From positions 206,894,001 through 206,958,000 of the forward strand of contig NC_042998.1 in assembly GCF_006345805.1 (NCBI RefSeq): a DNA stretch of 64,000 nt, written 5' to 3'. This DNA comes from Octopus sinensis. Taxonomy: Eukaryota. The notes below the pieces were generated by a model. That model searched no databases. It worked only from the letters and a program-made list of their open reading frames with translations, and was not told where the DNA came from. A program made the position numbers and the translations under genes. The stretch's first letter is position 1. The number at the start of each line of letters is the position of its first letter. Positions 1-11,625 of the stretch are shown in pieces.

Positions 1-275
1 AGAAGGAACAGGTGCCGCGGTAGGCACTCTTTTGACATGCCTCTTCACTCCTCCAACTGAGAGGCACACCTCTCCACAGGTAGCACATGTTCTGTTGAGA
101 ACAGAAACCGTATCACAATTCACAAGGGATTGACTCCTGAGTCCCCTGATGGCTGACCAGGCCTGCATGACTCGTGTATTTCCTCCCGCAAATCACACAC
201 ACACAAAAACCAACACTCCCGCATTTTCCACAGGTTCGTTCCTTCTAAACCTTCTCTTAATCTTCTCATGAAGAT
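1..275 (-). mobile_element. LINE (RTE/RTE-X-like) C-terminal zinc-finger remnant
   Basis: Minus strand reads FVCVICGRKYTSHAGLVSHQ...CATCGEVCLSVGGVKRH: two degenerate CxxC...GLxxH fingers typical of non-LTR ORF C-termini. Boundaries approximate. Confidence 0.5.
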
Positions 276-387
276 ATATATACAGATATGGATATAAAGA
301 TCTATCTATCTATCTATTTATATATACATACACACAAATATATATATATATTTGTATGTAAGTATGTATGCATGTATATATATATAT

Positions 388-600
388 AGTTAATCCAAAC
401 AAGAAAACACAAGAAAAACACAACGTGAGGATGTGGAACAATTAAAGTATTATTGGACACTCAGGAAAAAAGGAAAGACAGAGGGTTTAACGTTTCGAGC
501 AGAGCTCTTCGTCAGAAACATAGGAGAAGGAAAGATCCAGAGAAGGGAAGACAGAGGAAAAAAATCGCCAACGGTACACATGAGGTCACATTTTGAATAT
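388..600 (-). mobile_element. Short non-coding element family C carrying a hammerhead-like motif, embedded in (TA)n
   Basis: Reverse-complement near-copy of 14615-14830; both flanks are (TA)n. Confidence 0.75.
485..519 (-). ncRNA. Minimal type-I hammerhead-ribozyme-like motif (family C)
   Basis: Minus strand reads GTTT-CTGACGA-A-GAGC(TCT)GCTC-GAAA-CG-TT-AAAC. Helix I GTTT:AAAC, helix II GAGC:GCTC, palindrome AACGTT. Confidence 0.65.
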
Positions 601-1164
601 ATATATATATATATATATCATCACCATCATCATCATCATCTTCATCATCATCAACACCATCATTTAACATCTGCTTTCCATGCTGGCATGGGTGATGTTC
701 AGTTATAATAAAAGTAACTTTAAATTAATCAGATTCTATATTTTGTTGAGTAAAAATTCATTATTCTTAAACAAGAATACTGTTGACAGTGACTTTGAAG
801 TTTCAGCCTGCTAAGCCATGGCCGGACATATATCTTCATCATCATCATCATCATCATCATCATTATTTAATATCCGTTTTCCATGCTGGCATCGGTTGGA
901 TAGTTTGACTGGAGCTGTCAAACTGGAGCAGCACCAGGTTCCACCAGTGGTAGTAGTGGTTGTGGTGGTGGTAGCAGTAGTGGCGACGGCAGTGGTACTG
1001 GTGGCAGGGGTGGTGATGGTGGCAGGGGTGGTGATGGTAGCAGGGGTGGTGATGGTAGCAGTGATGGCGACGGCGGTGGTATTGGTGGCAGTGGTGGTGA
1101 TGGCAATGATAAATAAGGTTTGATTAAATGCTTCAAAAAACACACAAGAGTTGATGGAAAAACC

Positions 1165-1385
1165 TAGAACAAAGTTGAACTACAGCAACAACAACAACCA
1201 TGATTCCTATTTGAAACACATCAATAACAGAAATGTGCCACAATTAGCCAGATTCATCTGGCAATTAGAAGAAACTACTTCCAATTATAACATCAAAGGG
1301 AAGATTATTGACAGATCAAAGCAGCCTTAGAAGAATGGAAATAAAAGATGTGATCTTTGCATCACAAAAAAAAAAAACATTTGTA
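1165..1385 (+). mobile_element. Penelope-like element, GIY-YIG-side C-terminal remnant
   Basis: Translates ...NYSNNNNHDSYLKHINNRNVPQLARFIWQLEETTSNYNIKGKIIDRSKQP*KNGNKRCDLCIT, matching the PLE pattern (YnnH..SF....L..YIW.L....Y.I.W.I......CxLC). Contains a stop and a frameshift. Confidence 0.65.
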
Positions 1386-1635
1386 TTTAAAGATTTACAC
1401 AACTATGGTCTCTATTTGAACTCTTAAGTTTGAAATTTCTCAGAAGTATTTTAAGAAACAGCTTTTACATAAATGAACCATAACACCTCTGTCTCATATA
1501 TTATTTAACACTAGCTATCGCTGTGCCGTCAAAAATGACGGCAATTTGTAGTATTTTATATATATAAGGTACAAAACCAAGCTTTTAGATTAATAATTCT
1601 TTTATTACCAAATTTATAATATACCTTCCAACTGC

Positions 1636-2073
1636 CTGCTGTGCTTACCTTGGATTGTAGGGTGACCTGCTGTGCTTGAGGAGACCTATTGAGTCAAGTA
1701 CATCAACATCAAAATAAATATCAAATGGAAATTGTAGTTAAGATACCTGTGCCAGTGGCTCGTAAGAAGCACCATCTGAATGTGGTTGATGCCAGCTCCG
1801 CCTTGACAGGCTTCAGTGCCGGTGGCACATAAAAAGAACCAACTAATCGTGGCTGCTGCCAGCCTCCCCTGGCACCTGTGCCGGTGGCACATAAAAAGCA
1901 CCCACTACACTCTCCTCGGAGTGGTTGGCATTAGGAAGAGCAACCAGCTGTAGAAACTCTGCCAGATCAGTCTGGAGTCTGGTGCAGCCTCCTGGCTTCC
2001 CAGACCCCGGTCAAACCGTCCAACCCGTGCTAACATGGAAATGGACATTAAGCGATGATGATGATGATGATGG
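1636..2073 (+). mobile_element. RTE-clade LINE 3' fragment with (GAT)n tail and 68-bp flanking duplication
   Basis: Same 3' UTR and tail as the RTE copies at 39880-41920. 1568-1635 is repeated at 2074-2141. Confidence 0.75.
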
Positions 2074-2191
2074 GGTACAAAACCAAGCTTTTAGATTAAA
2101 AATTCTTTTATTACCAAATTTATAAAATACCTTTCAACTGCAGTCATTTTATATCCTTGATACACTCAGGCAATAATTATTTTCTCTAATG

Positions 2192-2665
2192 TGTTGCCAG
2201 CGCCGCCCCGACTGGCCCCCGTGCCGGTGGCATGTAAAAAGCACCATCCGATCGTGGCCGTTGCCAGCCTCGCCTGGTCCCCGTGCCAGTGGCACGTAAA
2301 AAGTACCACCCGACCGTGTCCGTTGCCAGTGCCGCGCCGACTGGCCTCCATGCCGGTGGCACCTAAAAAGCACCATCCGATCGTGGTCGTTGCCAGCCAT
2401 GCCTGGCCCCCGTGCCGGTGGCACATAAAAAGCACCATCCGTCCGTGGCCGTTTGTCAGCCCCATCTGGCACCTATGCGGGTGGCACGTAAAAAGCACCC
2501 ACTACACTCACGGAGTGGTTGGCTTTAGGAAGGGCATCCAGCTGTAGAAACACTGCCAGATCAGACTGGGCCTGGTGCAGCCTTCTGGCTTCCCAGACCC
2601 CAGTTGAACCGTCTAACCCATGCTAGCATGGAAAACGGACGTTAAACGATGATGATGATGATGAT
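2192..2665 (+). mobile_element. RTE LINE 3' UTR with internal ~55-60 bp tandem units and (GAT)n tail
   Basis: Repeated GTGCCGGTGGCACGTAAAAAGCACC units followed by the conserved ...ccatgctagcatggaaaacggacgttaaacgatgatgat end. This is the most abundant repeat in the window; further copies include ~3470-3850, 6620-7060, 12745-13085, 18660-18960, 27480-27760, 30065-30540, 32890-33140, 33620-34110, 38130-38410, 42990-43300, 46400-46790, 48480-48910, 51455-51715 and 63900-64000. Confidence 0.8.
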
Positions 2666-4037
2666 ATGTGTGTGTAAATGTGTGTGAGCGTAGCAATTAT
2701 TTGTAAAACAACAGATAGAATACGGATGGTAAATCAAATTAATACACTTCTCAATGTTATCCAGTGGTTGTCTTTTGAGATGCGACATTGACCATCGTTA
2801 ATTACTGAAAGAATCGCCAGTTGGTTTATGTATAGTCACTGAAAGAACACTGGGTAAAAATTTCTTAAATTAAATCAATTAATGACATGTATTAACTATT
2901 AAATTAAGATGTGTATTTATAATAAACCTTTCAACTGCAGTCGTTTTATATTATTGATACACTCAGGCAATTATTATTTTCTCTAATGAGTTTGTATATG
3001 TTTGTGTAGGTGTGTGTGATTATAGTAATTATTTTAAACAAAACAGATAGAATATGGATGGTAAATCAAATTAATACGCTTGTCAATGTTATCTAGTGGT
3101 TGTCTTTTGAGATGAGACATCCATCATTGCTTGTTACTGAAAGAATGCTGGTCCACACAGACAAACATTCACATACTTCTCTTGTACACGCACACACATA
3201 CACACATACATTCACACAGAGTTGAAACACCGTTTGATTTTTCTTTTCACCATTGAATGTTCACCATCCCACTTGCATTACATACAAACACACAAACAAA
3301 CATTCACTTACCTCCCTTTTACCTATACACACATATACTCCAGAGAGTTGAAACGCTGTTTGATTTATTTTTCATTGTCATCCCACTACCAGGTTTGCTA
3401 TCACCCCTTTCTTTCTCATTCATATGTTATAACAGAGAAAACCACAAGAGTATTATTATAATAGTTCTGTGCTAGTGGGCACATAAAAAGCACCATCTGA
3501 GCGTAATCGTTACCAACGTCGCCTTACTGGCATGTGAACAAAACATTTGAGCGAGGTCGTTGCCAGTGATGCTGGATTGACTCCTGTGCAGGTTGTGGCG
3601 CATAAAAAACACCATTTCGAGCTTGGCCGTTGCCAGTACTGCCAGACTGGCCCTCGTGCAGGTAGCACGAAAAAGCACCCACTACACTCTCGGAGTGGTT
3701 GGAGTTAGGAAGGGCATCCAGCCATAGAAACATTGTCAGATCAAATTGGAGCCTGGTGTAGCCATCTGGTTTGCCAGTCCTCAGTCAAATCGTCCAACTC
3801 ATGCCAGCATCGAAAACGGACGTTAAATGATGATGATGATGATGATGATACATACCTTTACCCACAAATGTCTGTGTGTGTGTGTATGCATGCATGTATG
3901 TATGTATTTACACATATGTACACGCAGGTGTAGGCACTCACTCCAAGAATGTAGTGGGTGCTTTTTACGTGCCACTGATACAGGAGCCAGTCAGGCAGTA
4001 CTGGCAACAGCCATGTATATATATATATATATATATA

Positions 4038-4083
4038 CGTCCTCGCGTTGTTGTGTTTTTTTGTGCTTTCTTGTTTGGATTAA

Positions 4084-4133
<50 letters not shown>

Positions 4134-4180
4134 GTCCTCGCGTTGTTGTGTTTTTTTGTGCTTTCTTGTTTGGATTAAAT

Positions 4181-4183
<3 letters not shown>
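4038..4183 (+). mobile_element. Two tandem 5'-truncated (~50 nt) 3' ends of family C inside (TA)n
   Basis: cgtcctcgcgttgttgtgtttttttgtgctttcttgtttggattaaattta at 4038 and 4133 (period 95) matches the 3' end of 14615-14830. Confidence 0.7.
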
Positions 4184-4259
<76 letters not shown>

Positions 4260-4871
4260 TCTATATGAAGTTCTATGAATGGAAACTGAAAAAGTAAAAA
4301 GCATCACTTTTGCTTTTCCCTGAATCTAATTATATCATCATCATCATCATTGGCATCAGCATCATTATCATCGCCATCCTACTCTTTCTTATTGTCATAA
4401 TTTAACATCCATCTCCACTCTACTGAGTGGTTGGTGTAAAAACCTCACCAAAACTGACCACACCTGTGCTTGTGCCACAAGTCCACTCTGCTGAGTGGTT
4501 GGTGTTAGGAAGGGCATCCAGCTGTAAAAATCCTGCCGAAACAGTCACAGAAGTCTGGTGCAGGCTTCTGCCTGGTCAGCTCCTTGCAAACCTTCCCACT
4601 CATGCTAGCAAGGAAGGCAGACGTTAAACGATGGTGATGAAGTTTCATGTTGGCATGGGTTGGATGGTTTGACAGGACCCACCAAGCCAGAGGAGTACAA
4701 GTTCCCAATGCCTGCTTTAATGTAGATTTTACAAAAGGATGCCATTCCAAATGCCAACCACTTAGTAACAGTGCAGAACGCCCTTTTCACATCACCAGTG
4801 CTAGAAAGGTTTCTATGCAGCTTGAAAAATATACAAGCTTCAAGGGTGGTCAGTGGTGGATTGACCATTAA

Positions 4872-5091
4872 CCCTTTTGTTATCAACCCAGCTGAAACCT
4901 GTTCTGGCTCTGAGTACAAATGTCTTGTTTTCATAAGTTTTGAATTAAAATCGTCCACCAAACCTTAGTCACAATTTATGTTCCTAACACTAGCTGAATG
5001 ATAACGAAGTTATTTTACTAAATTCTTTGTTATATTTAAAGTAATTGAAAGAAACACAGAGCATCTCAACAGAAATATGGTAACAAAAGGG
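4872..5091. mobile_element. piggyBac-like MITE, copy 1
   Basis: TTAA|CCCTTTTGTTA...TAACAAAAGGG|TTAG; terminal inverted repeats, non-coding. Confidence 0.7.
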
Positions 5092-5122
5092 TTAGAATAT
5101 ATAACAGAGAAACAATTCTTAA

Positions 5123-5344
5123 CCCTTTTGATACCAACCAGGCTGAAACCGGCTCTGGATCTGTAGTACAAATGTCTTGTTTTCATAAGTTCTGAATTAA
5201 AATCTTCTACCAAACCTTAGTCACAGTTTATGTTCCTGACACGAGCTTAATGATAACGAAGTTATTTTGCTAAATTCTTAGTTATATTTAAAATTAATTG
5301 AAAGAATTACAAAGCATCTCAAAATAAATACGGTAACAAAAGAG
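5123..5344. mobile_element. piggyBac-like MITE, copy 2 (adjacent, same orientation)
   Basis: TTAA|CCCTTTTGATACC...GGTAACAAAAGAG|TTAA; colinear with copy 1. A diverged relative lies at ~9872-10090. Confidence 0.7.
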
Positions 5345-5659
5345 TTAAGCAAAATAATCACATGCTTAGAGTACCAAGAGAAGAGGGACACCCCAGAAAT
5401 GGTAAATGGTTTATGGCACAAAAGGAATCAGTTTAAACTTGCTACTAATTATAGAAGCAGATGTGTTTTGTAAGATTAATTTCGAGGATGTGATCAAAGA
5501 CTTTGCAATTAAAAAAATTAGGAAAAACTTTTCCAAATATAAATAGAATGGATGTATTCCAAAATAAACATTATTTTCCATTTTTCTGTTAGATTTGTTT
5601 CATTTTGGAAAATAAAGATTTATTTCATGATTTATTGTTGTTTATATTTTGAATTATAT

Positions 5660-5859
5660 AGGTGCAGGAGTGGCAGTGTGGTAAGTAGCTTGTTTACCAA
5701 CCACATGGTTCCGGGTTCAGTCCCACTGCGTGGCATTTTGGGCAAGTGTCTCCTACTATGGCCTCGGGCCAACCAAAGCCTTATGAGTGGATTTGGTTGA
5801 CGGAAGGTGAAAGAGGCCTGTCATATATATGTGTATATATATGTGTGTGTGTGTGTGTG

Positions 5860-5910
<51 letters not shown>

Positions 5911-6115
5911 TGTGTGTCTGTGTTTGTCCCCCCAACATCGCTTGACAACCGATGCTGGTATGTTTACATCCCCGTAACCTAGCGGTTTGGCAAAAGAGAC
6001 CGATAGAATAAGCACTAGGCTTACAAAGAATAAGTCCTGGGGTCGATTTGCTCGACTAAAGGCAGTGCTCCAGCATGGCCACAGTCAAATGACTGAAACA
6101 AGTAAATGAATAAAT
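5660..6115 (+). mobile_element. tRNA-derived bipartite SINE ('family S1') with central (TA)n/(TG)n
   Basis: Head gcaggagtggctgtgtggtaag...gggttcagtccc (A/B-box-like), tail ccagcatggccacagtcaaatgactgaaacaag. Other copies at ~10170-10590, 11700-12180(-), 22790-23265(-), 31130-31530(-), 38700-39085(-), 43370-43765(-), 45060-45490, 56900-57290 and 62430-62870. Confidence 0.8.
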
Positions 6116-7386
6116 GAGTCTTTTATGGGGGCACCAAAATCTTTAAGTGCTTAGGGTCTCTATGGGTCTTAATCTAGCTCTAGAGGTGGTAGTGGTGGTA
6201 GGGGATTATGAGAAGAGATGAGGGGTTAAATTGAGAGAGAATGGGCCAGAGCAGAACAGGTCTTTGCTGTAGAGGGGCTGCAGGGCTTCTGATATTTTTC
6301 AAGAGAGGTGTGGGTAAATAGAGCAGGCCAAGGTAGGGACAAAAATGATTGGGAAAAGGAGTCTGAGTGGATGAAGGGAGTAGGAGTGAATGAGGGTGGG
6401 TAGGGGTTGCATGAGTGTGAGGGAGGTGTGTGTGGGAATATAAAGAATGGGGGACAGGTTTTGAGTGCATGATAAATCAGGAGACAGGTAAGAGTAGGTG
6501 ACAACTGCAGAGATTGGATAATGTTGAGGGGTGGATATAGCGAATAGTGGATGGGGGCACACACACACACACACACACGCACGCACACACGTACACATAT
6601 ACATAAATACTCATATACACATCATCATCATCATCATCGTTTAACGTCCGCTTTCCATGCTAGCATGGGTTGGACGGTTCAACTGGGGTCTGAGAAGCCC
6701 GAAGGCTGCACCAGGCCAGTCAGATCTGGCAGTGTTTCTACAGCTGGATGCCCTTCCTAACGCCAACCACTCTGTGAGTGTAGTGGGTGCTTTTTATGTG
6801 CCACCGACACAGGTGCCAGACGAGGCTGGTGAACGGCCACGCTCAGATGGTGATTTTTACCTGCCACTGGCACAGAGGCCAGGCGAGGCTGGCACGGCCA
6901 CGATCGGATAGTGTTTGTTATGTGTCACCAGCACAGAGGCCAGTCGATGCGGTGCTGGCTACGGCCACGTTCGGATGGTTCTCTTACGTGCCACCGGCAC
7001 TGGTACCACAAACTACAAATTCCATTGATGTTGATCGATTTCGATTTTGATTTGATTTTTTGATTCTTTGATCTATCGATAAAATGTGTGGTGGGGTAGG
7101 CTCAAGGGTTTGGGTACAATGCTAACATTACACTAATGAGAACATTAATATTACAGTATTAAGACCAAAACCTCTATGAGGACATAGCTAACATTATAAA
7201 TCAATAAAAAATCTCTATGTGATCAAATGGCCAGCTAGAAATTGCAGTCAGATCTATCTCAAAATCTGAGCTGCTTCTCTTAACTCATTTTTATTTACAT
7301 ATGTAATGGTTAAGTTTTTAGTTGAAATCAAGGATCACCAATTGCAACGATAAAAATGTGTTGTTACACATACATATATATACACA

Positions 7387-7417
<31 letters not shown>

Positions 7418-7568
7418 ACATATGTATATGATCACAATTTCTCAATTTCTTTTTCCCCAGAGATATTGTTCTGCTGTTTTTAGTCAAAAAGGGGAAACAA
7501 TATTTCAAAATCATTTTGTAATTTCTGAATAAAACATGATTTATTGCTGCAGTTTGTGTCTGTGTGGT

Positions 7569-7601
<33 letters not shown>

Positions 7602-7739
7602 CATCCTCCCCCTCTGTCACTCTCCTTCTGTCTTTCTGTCTTTCTTTCTTTCTCATCACTTCAACTGATATAGAACAAAGATGATCATATGAACTTCGAA
7701 TTTTACTCATATCAGTATGGAAGATGGATGTTAAAAAGG

Positions 7740-7767
7740 TGATGATGATGATGGTAATGATGGTATA

Positions 7768-7798
<31 letters not shown>

Positions 7799-7835
7799 GA
7801 AGAAGGAGAAGGAGGAGGATGGGGTAGTGATGATA

Positions 7836-7895
<60 letters not shown>

Positions 7896-8200
7896 AAGAA
7901 GATGACGACAACAACAATGGTGGTGATGATGATGAGGAGGAGGAGGAAGAGGAGAGGTGATGTGATGATGATGATGGTGGTGGTGGTGAGGTGGTGATGG
8001 TGATGATGTTGATGATGGCAATGCTGGTAGTGATGATGATGATGAGCAGGAGGAGGAGAGGTAGTGATGGTGATGATGATGACGATGGTGGTGGTGGTGG
8101 TGGTGGTGGTGGTGGTGATGGTGATGATGATGATGATGATGATGATGAGGGGGAGGAGGAAGTAGTGATGATGATGACGATGATGATGATGATGATGATA
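7740..8200. repeat. Compound (GAT)n/(GAG)n/(GGT)n trinucleotide microsatellite
   Basis: Directly visible; explains the poly-H/S/M/P ORFs in the track. Confidence 0.95.
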
Positions 8201-8414
8201 AACCTAATTCTCTCAACTAAATCGAGTGAATTTATTATTGTTTGGATAATTAATTCGTTCAGAAAAACTGTATTAATTATATTCTAATTATATTCAAGAT
8301 AATAATTGCTAATAATAATTATGAGGATATTCTTGCATTGGTTGATTTTTTTTTCTGTTAATCCTGTAAAAAACACCTTTTATTACCAAATTACATGCTT
8401 TTTTTTTTATTTAT

Positions 8415-8472
8415 TTAAAAAAAATTTTATCTAGTTTCAGCTCACGAGCTGTGGCCATGCTGGGGCACCGCC
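8415..8472 (-). mobile_element. Isolated 3' tail of the CR1-like LINE seen at 50281-50930
   Basis: atctagtttcagctcacgagctgtggccatgctggggcaccgc is identical to 50288-50330. Confidence 0.7.
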
Positions 8473-8983
8473 ATTCTATATGAGACCCTTTTCAAAAGCT
8501 ACAGGCTAGGGGACATCATTAGAGCCCTGGACAAAATGCTTTCTAGCATTTATTCTGGTCCTTTGCATTCTGAGTTCAAATTTCGCCAAAGTCGACATTG
8601 CATTTCATCCTTGTGGGGTCAATAAAATAAGTACCAGTTGAACGCTGGGGTCCATGTAATTAACTAGTCCTCTCCTCTCCAAATTTCAGGCCTTGTACCA
8701 TAGTAGAAAGTTAAAAGTACCCAGTCTATACTGTAAAATGGTTGGTGTTTGGAAGGGCATCCAGCTGTAAAAGCCTTACCAAAACTGACCTCACCTGTGC
8801 TTGTGCCATGTAAAAAGCACTAAGTCCACTCTGCAGAGTGGTTGGTGTTGTGAAGTGCATCCAGCTATAAAACTCATACCAAAACAGTCACAGAAGTCTG
8901 GTGCAGGCTTCTGCCTGGCTGGTTCTGGTCAAGCCATCCCACCTATGTTAGCATGGAAAGCAGACATCAAACAATGAATAGTA

Positions 8984-9028
<45 letters not shown>

Positions 9029-9064
9029 TAATAATGATAATAATAATAATAATAATAATAAAGA

Positions 9065-9525
9065 TGGGCTACAGCAAATATTCTGCTCAATTTGCTTGCC
9101 AGTTGTTTGACCTTAACCAGTTGAGCATGTCCCTTAGTGGCTGACGATATGTGCATCTCTGATCAAAAGCAGAAGTAGTGGGGGAGCATCATAGCCATGT
9201 GTTGAGAGGGATTCTTTGGGGTTTGAATAATTCACCTCTGGAAACATGGGTGGTTCTTTCAACATCCTTAAACAACCCTTATTCAGGGACCTTTTGAGCA
9301 GGATGGGCTACTCAACCTGAAGAAAATTCTAACTGGGCCCCACCTGCAAGGTCATGTGCTGTTTATCTTGATATGAGATCACCATGTCGCGTACATATGG
9401 TTGTGATGCATGTGCCTGGTGTACCTTTATCAGACGGGTAGTCATGATGGGTATATTGGGCTTCGTATATTTTACCCCAGTGTCACTTTGATGGCATGCA
9501 CTGCTCTCTCACTCAATAATAATAA
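9065..9525 (+). mobile_element. Unclassified interspersed repeat with (AAT)n tail; inverted copy at ~10655-11140
   Basis: ttgagcatgtcccttagtggctgacgatatgtgcatctctgatc... matches the reverse complement around 10930-11000. Boundaries approximate. Confidence 0.7.
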
Positions 9526-11190
9526 TGATAATAATAATGATAATACTCTTTCCTTAACTTTATTACCAATACAAAATGCTGATACCAATTAGGTGGTATC
9601 ATAATATATTATGTGAATATGTTTCTTCACTGATTAGACTTTGTTTGAACAATAAAGCTTGTCTGTTTTTTTTCATTCGATAAACCAACATTTTATTAAT
9701 TTCTCTCTCAATATCAGTCATAATATGTCACATTGATTCTTTATACAAGTCACTTTTCCAAATTCATTTTTCGGTTTGTCAGCCATGCTTATCACGTAAA
9801 GTAAAAGACCGAAACCAATGCCATGTGCGTCTGCTTGTCTCAATCACAGACTCTTATTTACAATCTTTATTTTAACCCCTTTCATATCATCTCACCGAAG
9901 ACCACCCTTGCTTCCGTGAAAAATAAACTTAATGTTTTAAAATGATTTAAATCAAATTGTTCCATCAGGATTTCATATCAATTTTTGTTCTGAATTCCAA
10001 CTTAATAGTGATAAATTTATTTTATCAAATTCTTTATTATTTTCAAAATTTATGAAACAAAAGCAATTGAAATATTTTATCAAAAGGTTTAATGGGATCA
10101 AAATTTTAACCAATCAACATGTCTTGTTACTTTTGTCCTAAATTCCATCAAAATAATAATGGTTATTTTAGGCATAGGAGTGGCTGTGTGGTAAGATGCT
10201 TGCTTACAAACCACATAGTTCTCAGTTCAGTCCCACTGCGTGGCACCTTGGGTAAGTGTCTTCTACGATAGCCTCAGGCCGACCAAAGCCTTGTGAGTGG
10301 ATTTGGTAGACAGAAACTGAAAGAAGCCCGTCGTATATATGTATATATATATATGTGTGTATGTATATGTTTGTGTATCTGTGTTTGTCACCCCAACATC
10401 ACTTGATAACCAATGCTGGTGTGTGTATGTCCCCGTAACTTAGCGGTTTGGCAAAAGAGACCGATAGAATGAATACTAGGCTTACAAAGATTAAGGCCTG
10501 GGGTCGATTTGCTCGACTAAAGGTGATGCTCCAGCATGGCCACAGTCAAATGACTGAAAAAAGTAAAAGAGTAAGAGAGTAAAGAGTAAATTCTTCATGG
10601 TTTTCAAAATGATTTGAAACAGGAATTTAAACATATATATAGCAACTTATTATACGAAGCCCAGTATACCCATCATGACTGCCCATCTGATAAGGGTACG
10701 CTAGGTGCATGCATCACAACCATATGTACACAATATGGAGATCTCATATCAAGATAAACAGTACATGGTCTTGCAGGTGGGGGCCCAGTTAGAATTTTCT
10801 TCAGGTCAAGTAGCCCATCCTGCTCAAAAGGTCCCTAAATAAGAGTTGTGTAAGGACCTACGCCTCCAGAGGTGAATTATTAAAACCCCAAAGAATCCCT
10901 CTCAACACATGGCTATGATGCTCTCCCACTACTTCTGCTCGTGATCAGAGATGCACATATCGTCAGCCACTAAGGGACATGCTCAACTGGTTATGGTCAA
11001 ACAACTGACAAGCAGATCTGTGTTATTGAGCAGAATATTTGCTGTAGCCCATCTTTTATACCAAGACAAAACAATGTACATGATAACACTTCCAATCAGT
11101 TAAGATTAGAAGCCATGAGAGCCACTGCTTGGCAGTACATAAGGGCACTATTTTTATTATAATTATTATTATTATTATTATTATTATTTA

Positions 11191-11625
11191 AGGCAGTATG
11201 CTGTCAGAAACATTAGCATGCTGGGCAAAATGCTTAGCAGTATTTCGTCTGCCACTACGTTCTGAGTTCAAATTCCACTGAGGCCGACTTTGCTTTCACC
11301 CTTCCAAGGTCAATAAATTAAGTATCAGCTGCGTAATGAGGTTGATCTTATAGACTGGCCCCCGCCCCCAAATTTTCAGGCTTTGTGCCTACAGATTATT
11401 ATTATTATTATTTAAGGCAGTATGCTGTCAGAAACATTAGCATGCTGGGCAAAATGCTTAGCAGTATTTCGTCTGCCACTACGTTCTGAGTTCAAATTCC
11501 ACTGAGGCCGACTTTGCTTTCACCCTTCCAAGGTCAATAAATTAAGTATCAGCTGCGTAATGAGGTTGATCTTATAGACTGGCCCCCGCCCCCAAATTTT
11601 CAGGCTTTGTGCCTACAGATTATTA
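11191..11625 (+). repeat. Apparently identical 224-bp tandem duplication of a degenerate S2-type SINE
   Basis: Units start at 11191 and 11415, share the same private mutations, and are bounded by (ATT)n. Confidence 0.85.

Noticed and set aside
2192-2510. CRISPR-like array of GTGCCGGTGGCACGTAAAAAGCACC 'repeats' with ~30-nt 'spacers'
   Set aside because: The spacers are homologous to each other (two alternating types), the array is the 3' UTR of an RTE LINE found in many copies, there are no cas genes, and the context is eukaryotic.
1505-3150. Complete TIR transposon starting TTAA-CACTAG with a gccgtc/gacggc hairpin
   Set aside because: Internal ~340-bp repeated blocks are visible, but I found no matching right terminus, so it cannot be classified.
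7673-7740. Plus-strand exon after a long pyrimidine tract
   Set aside because: The tract is (CT)n microsatellite and part of the 'exon' is a decayed RTE tail.
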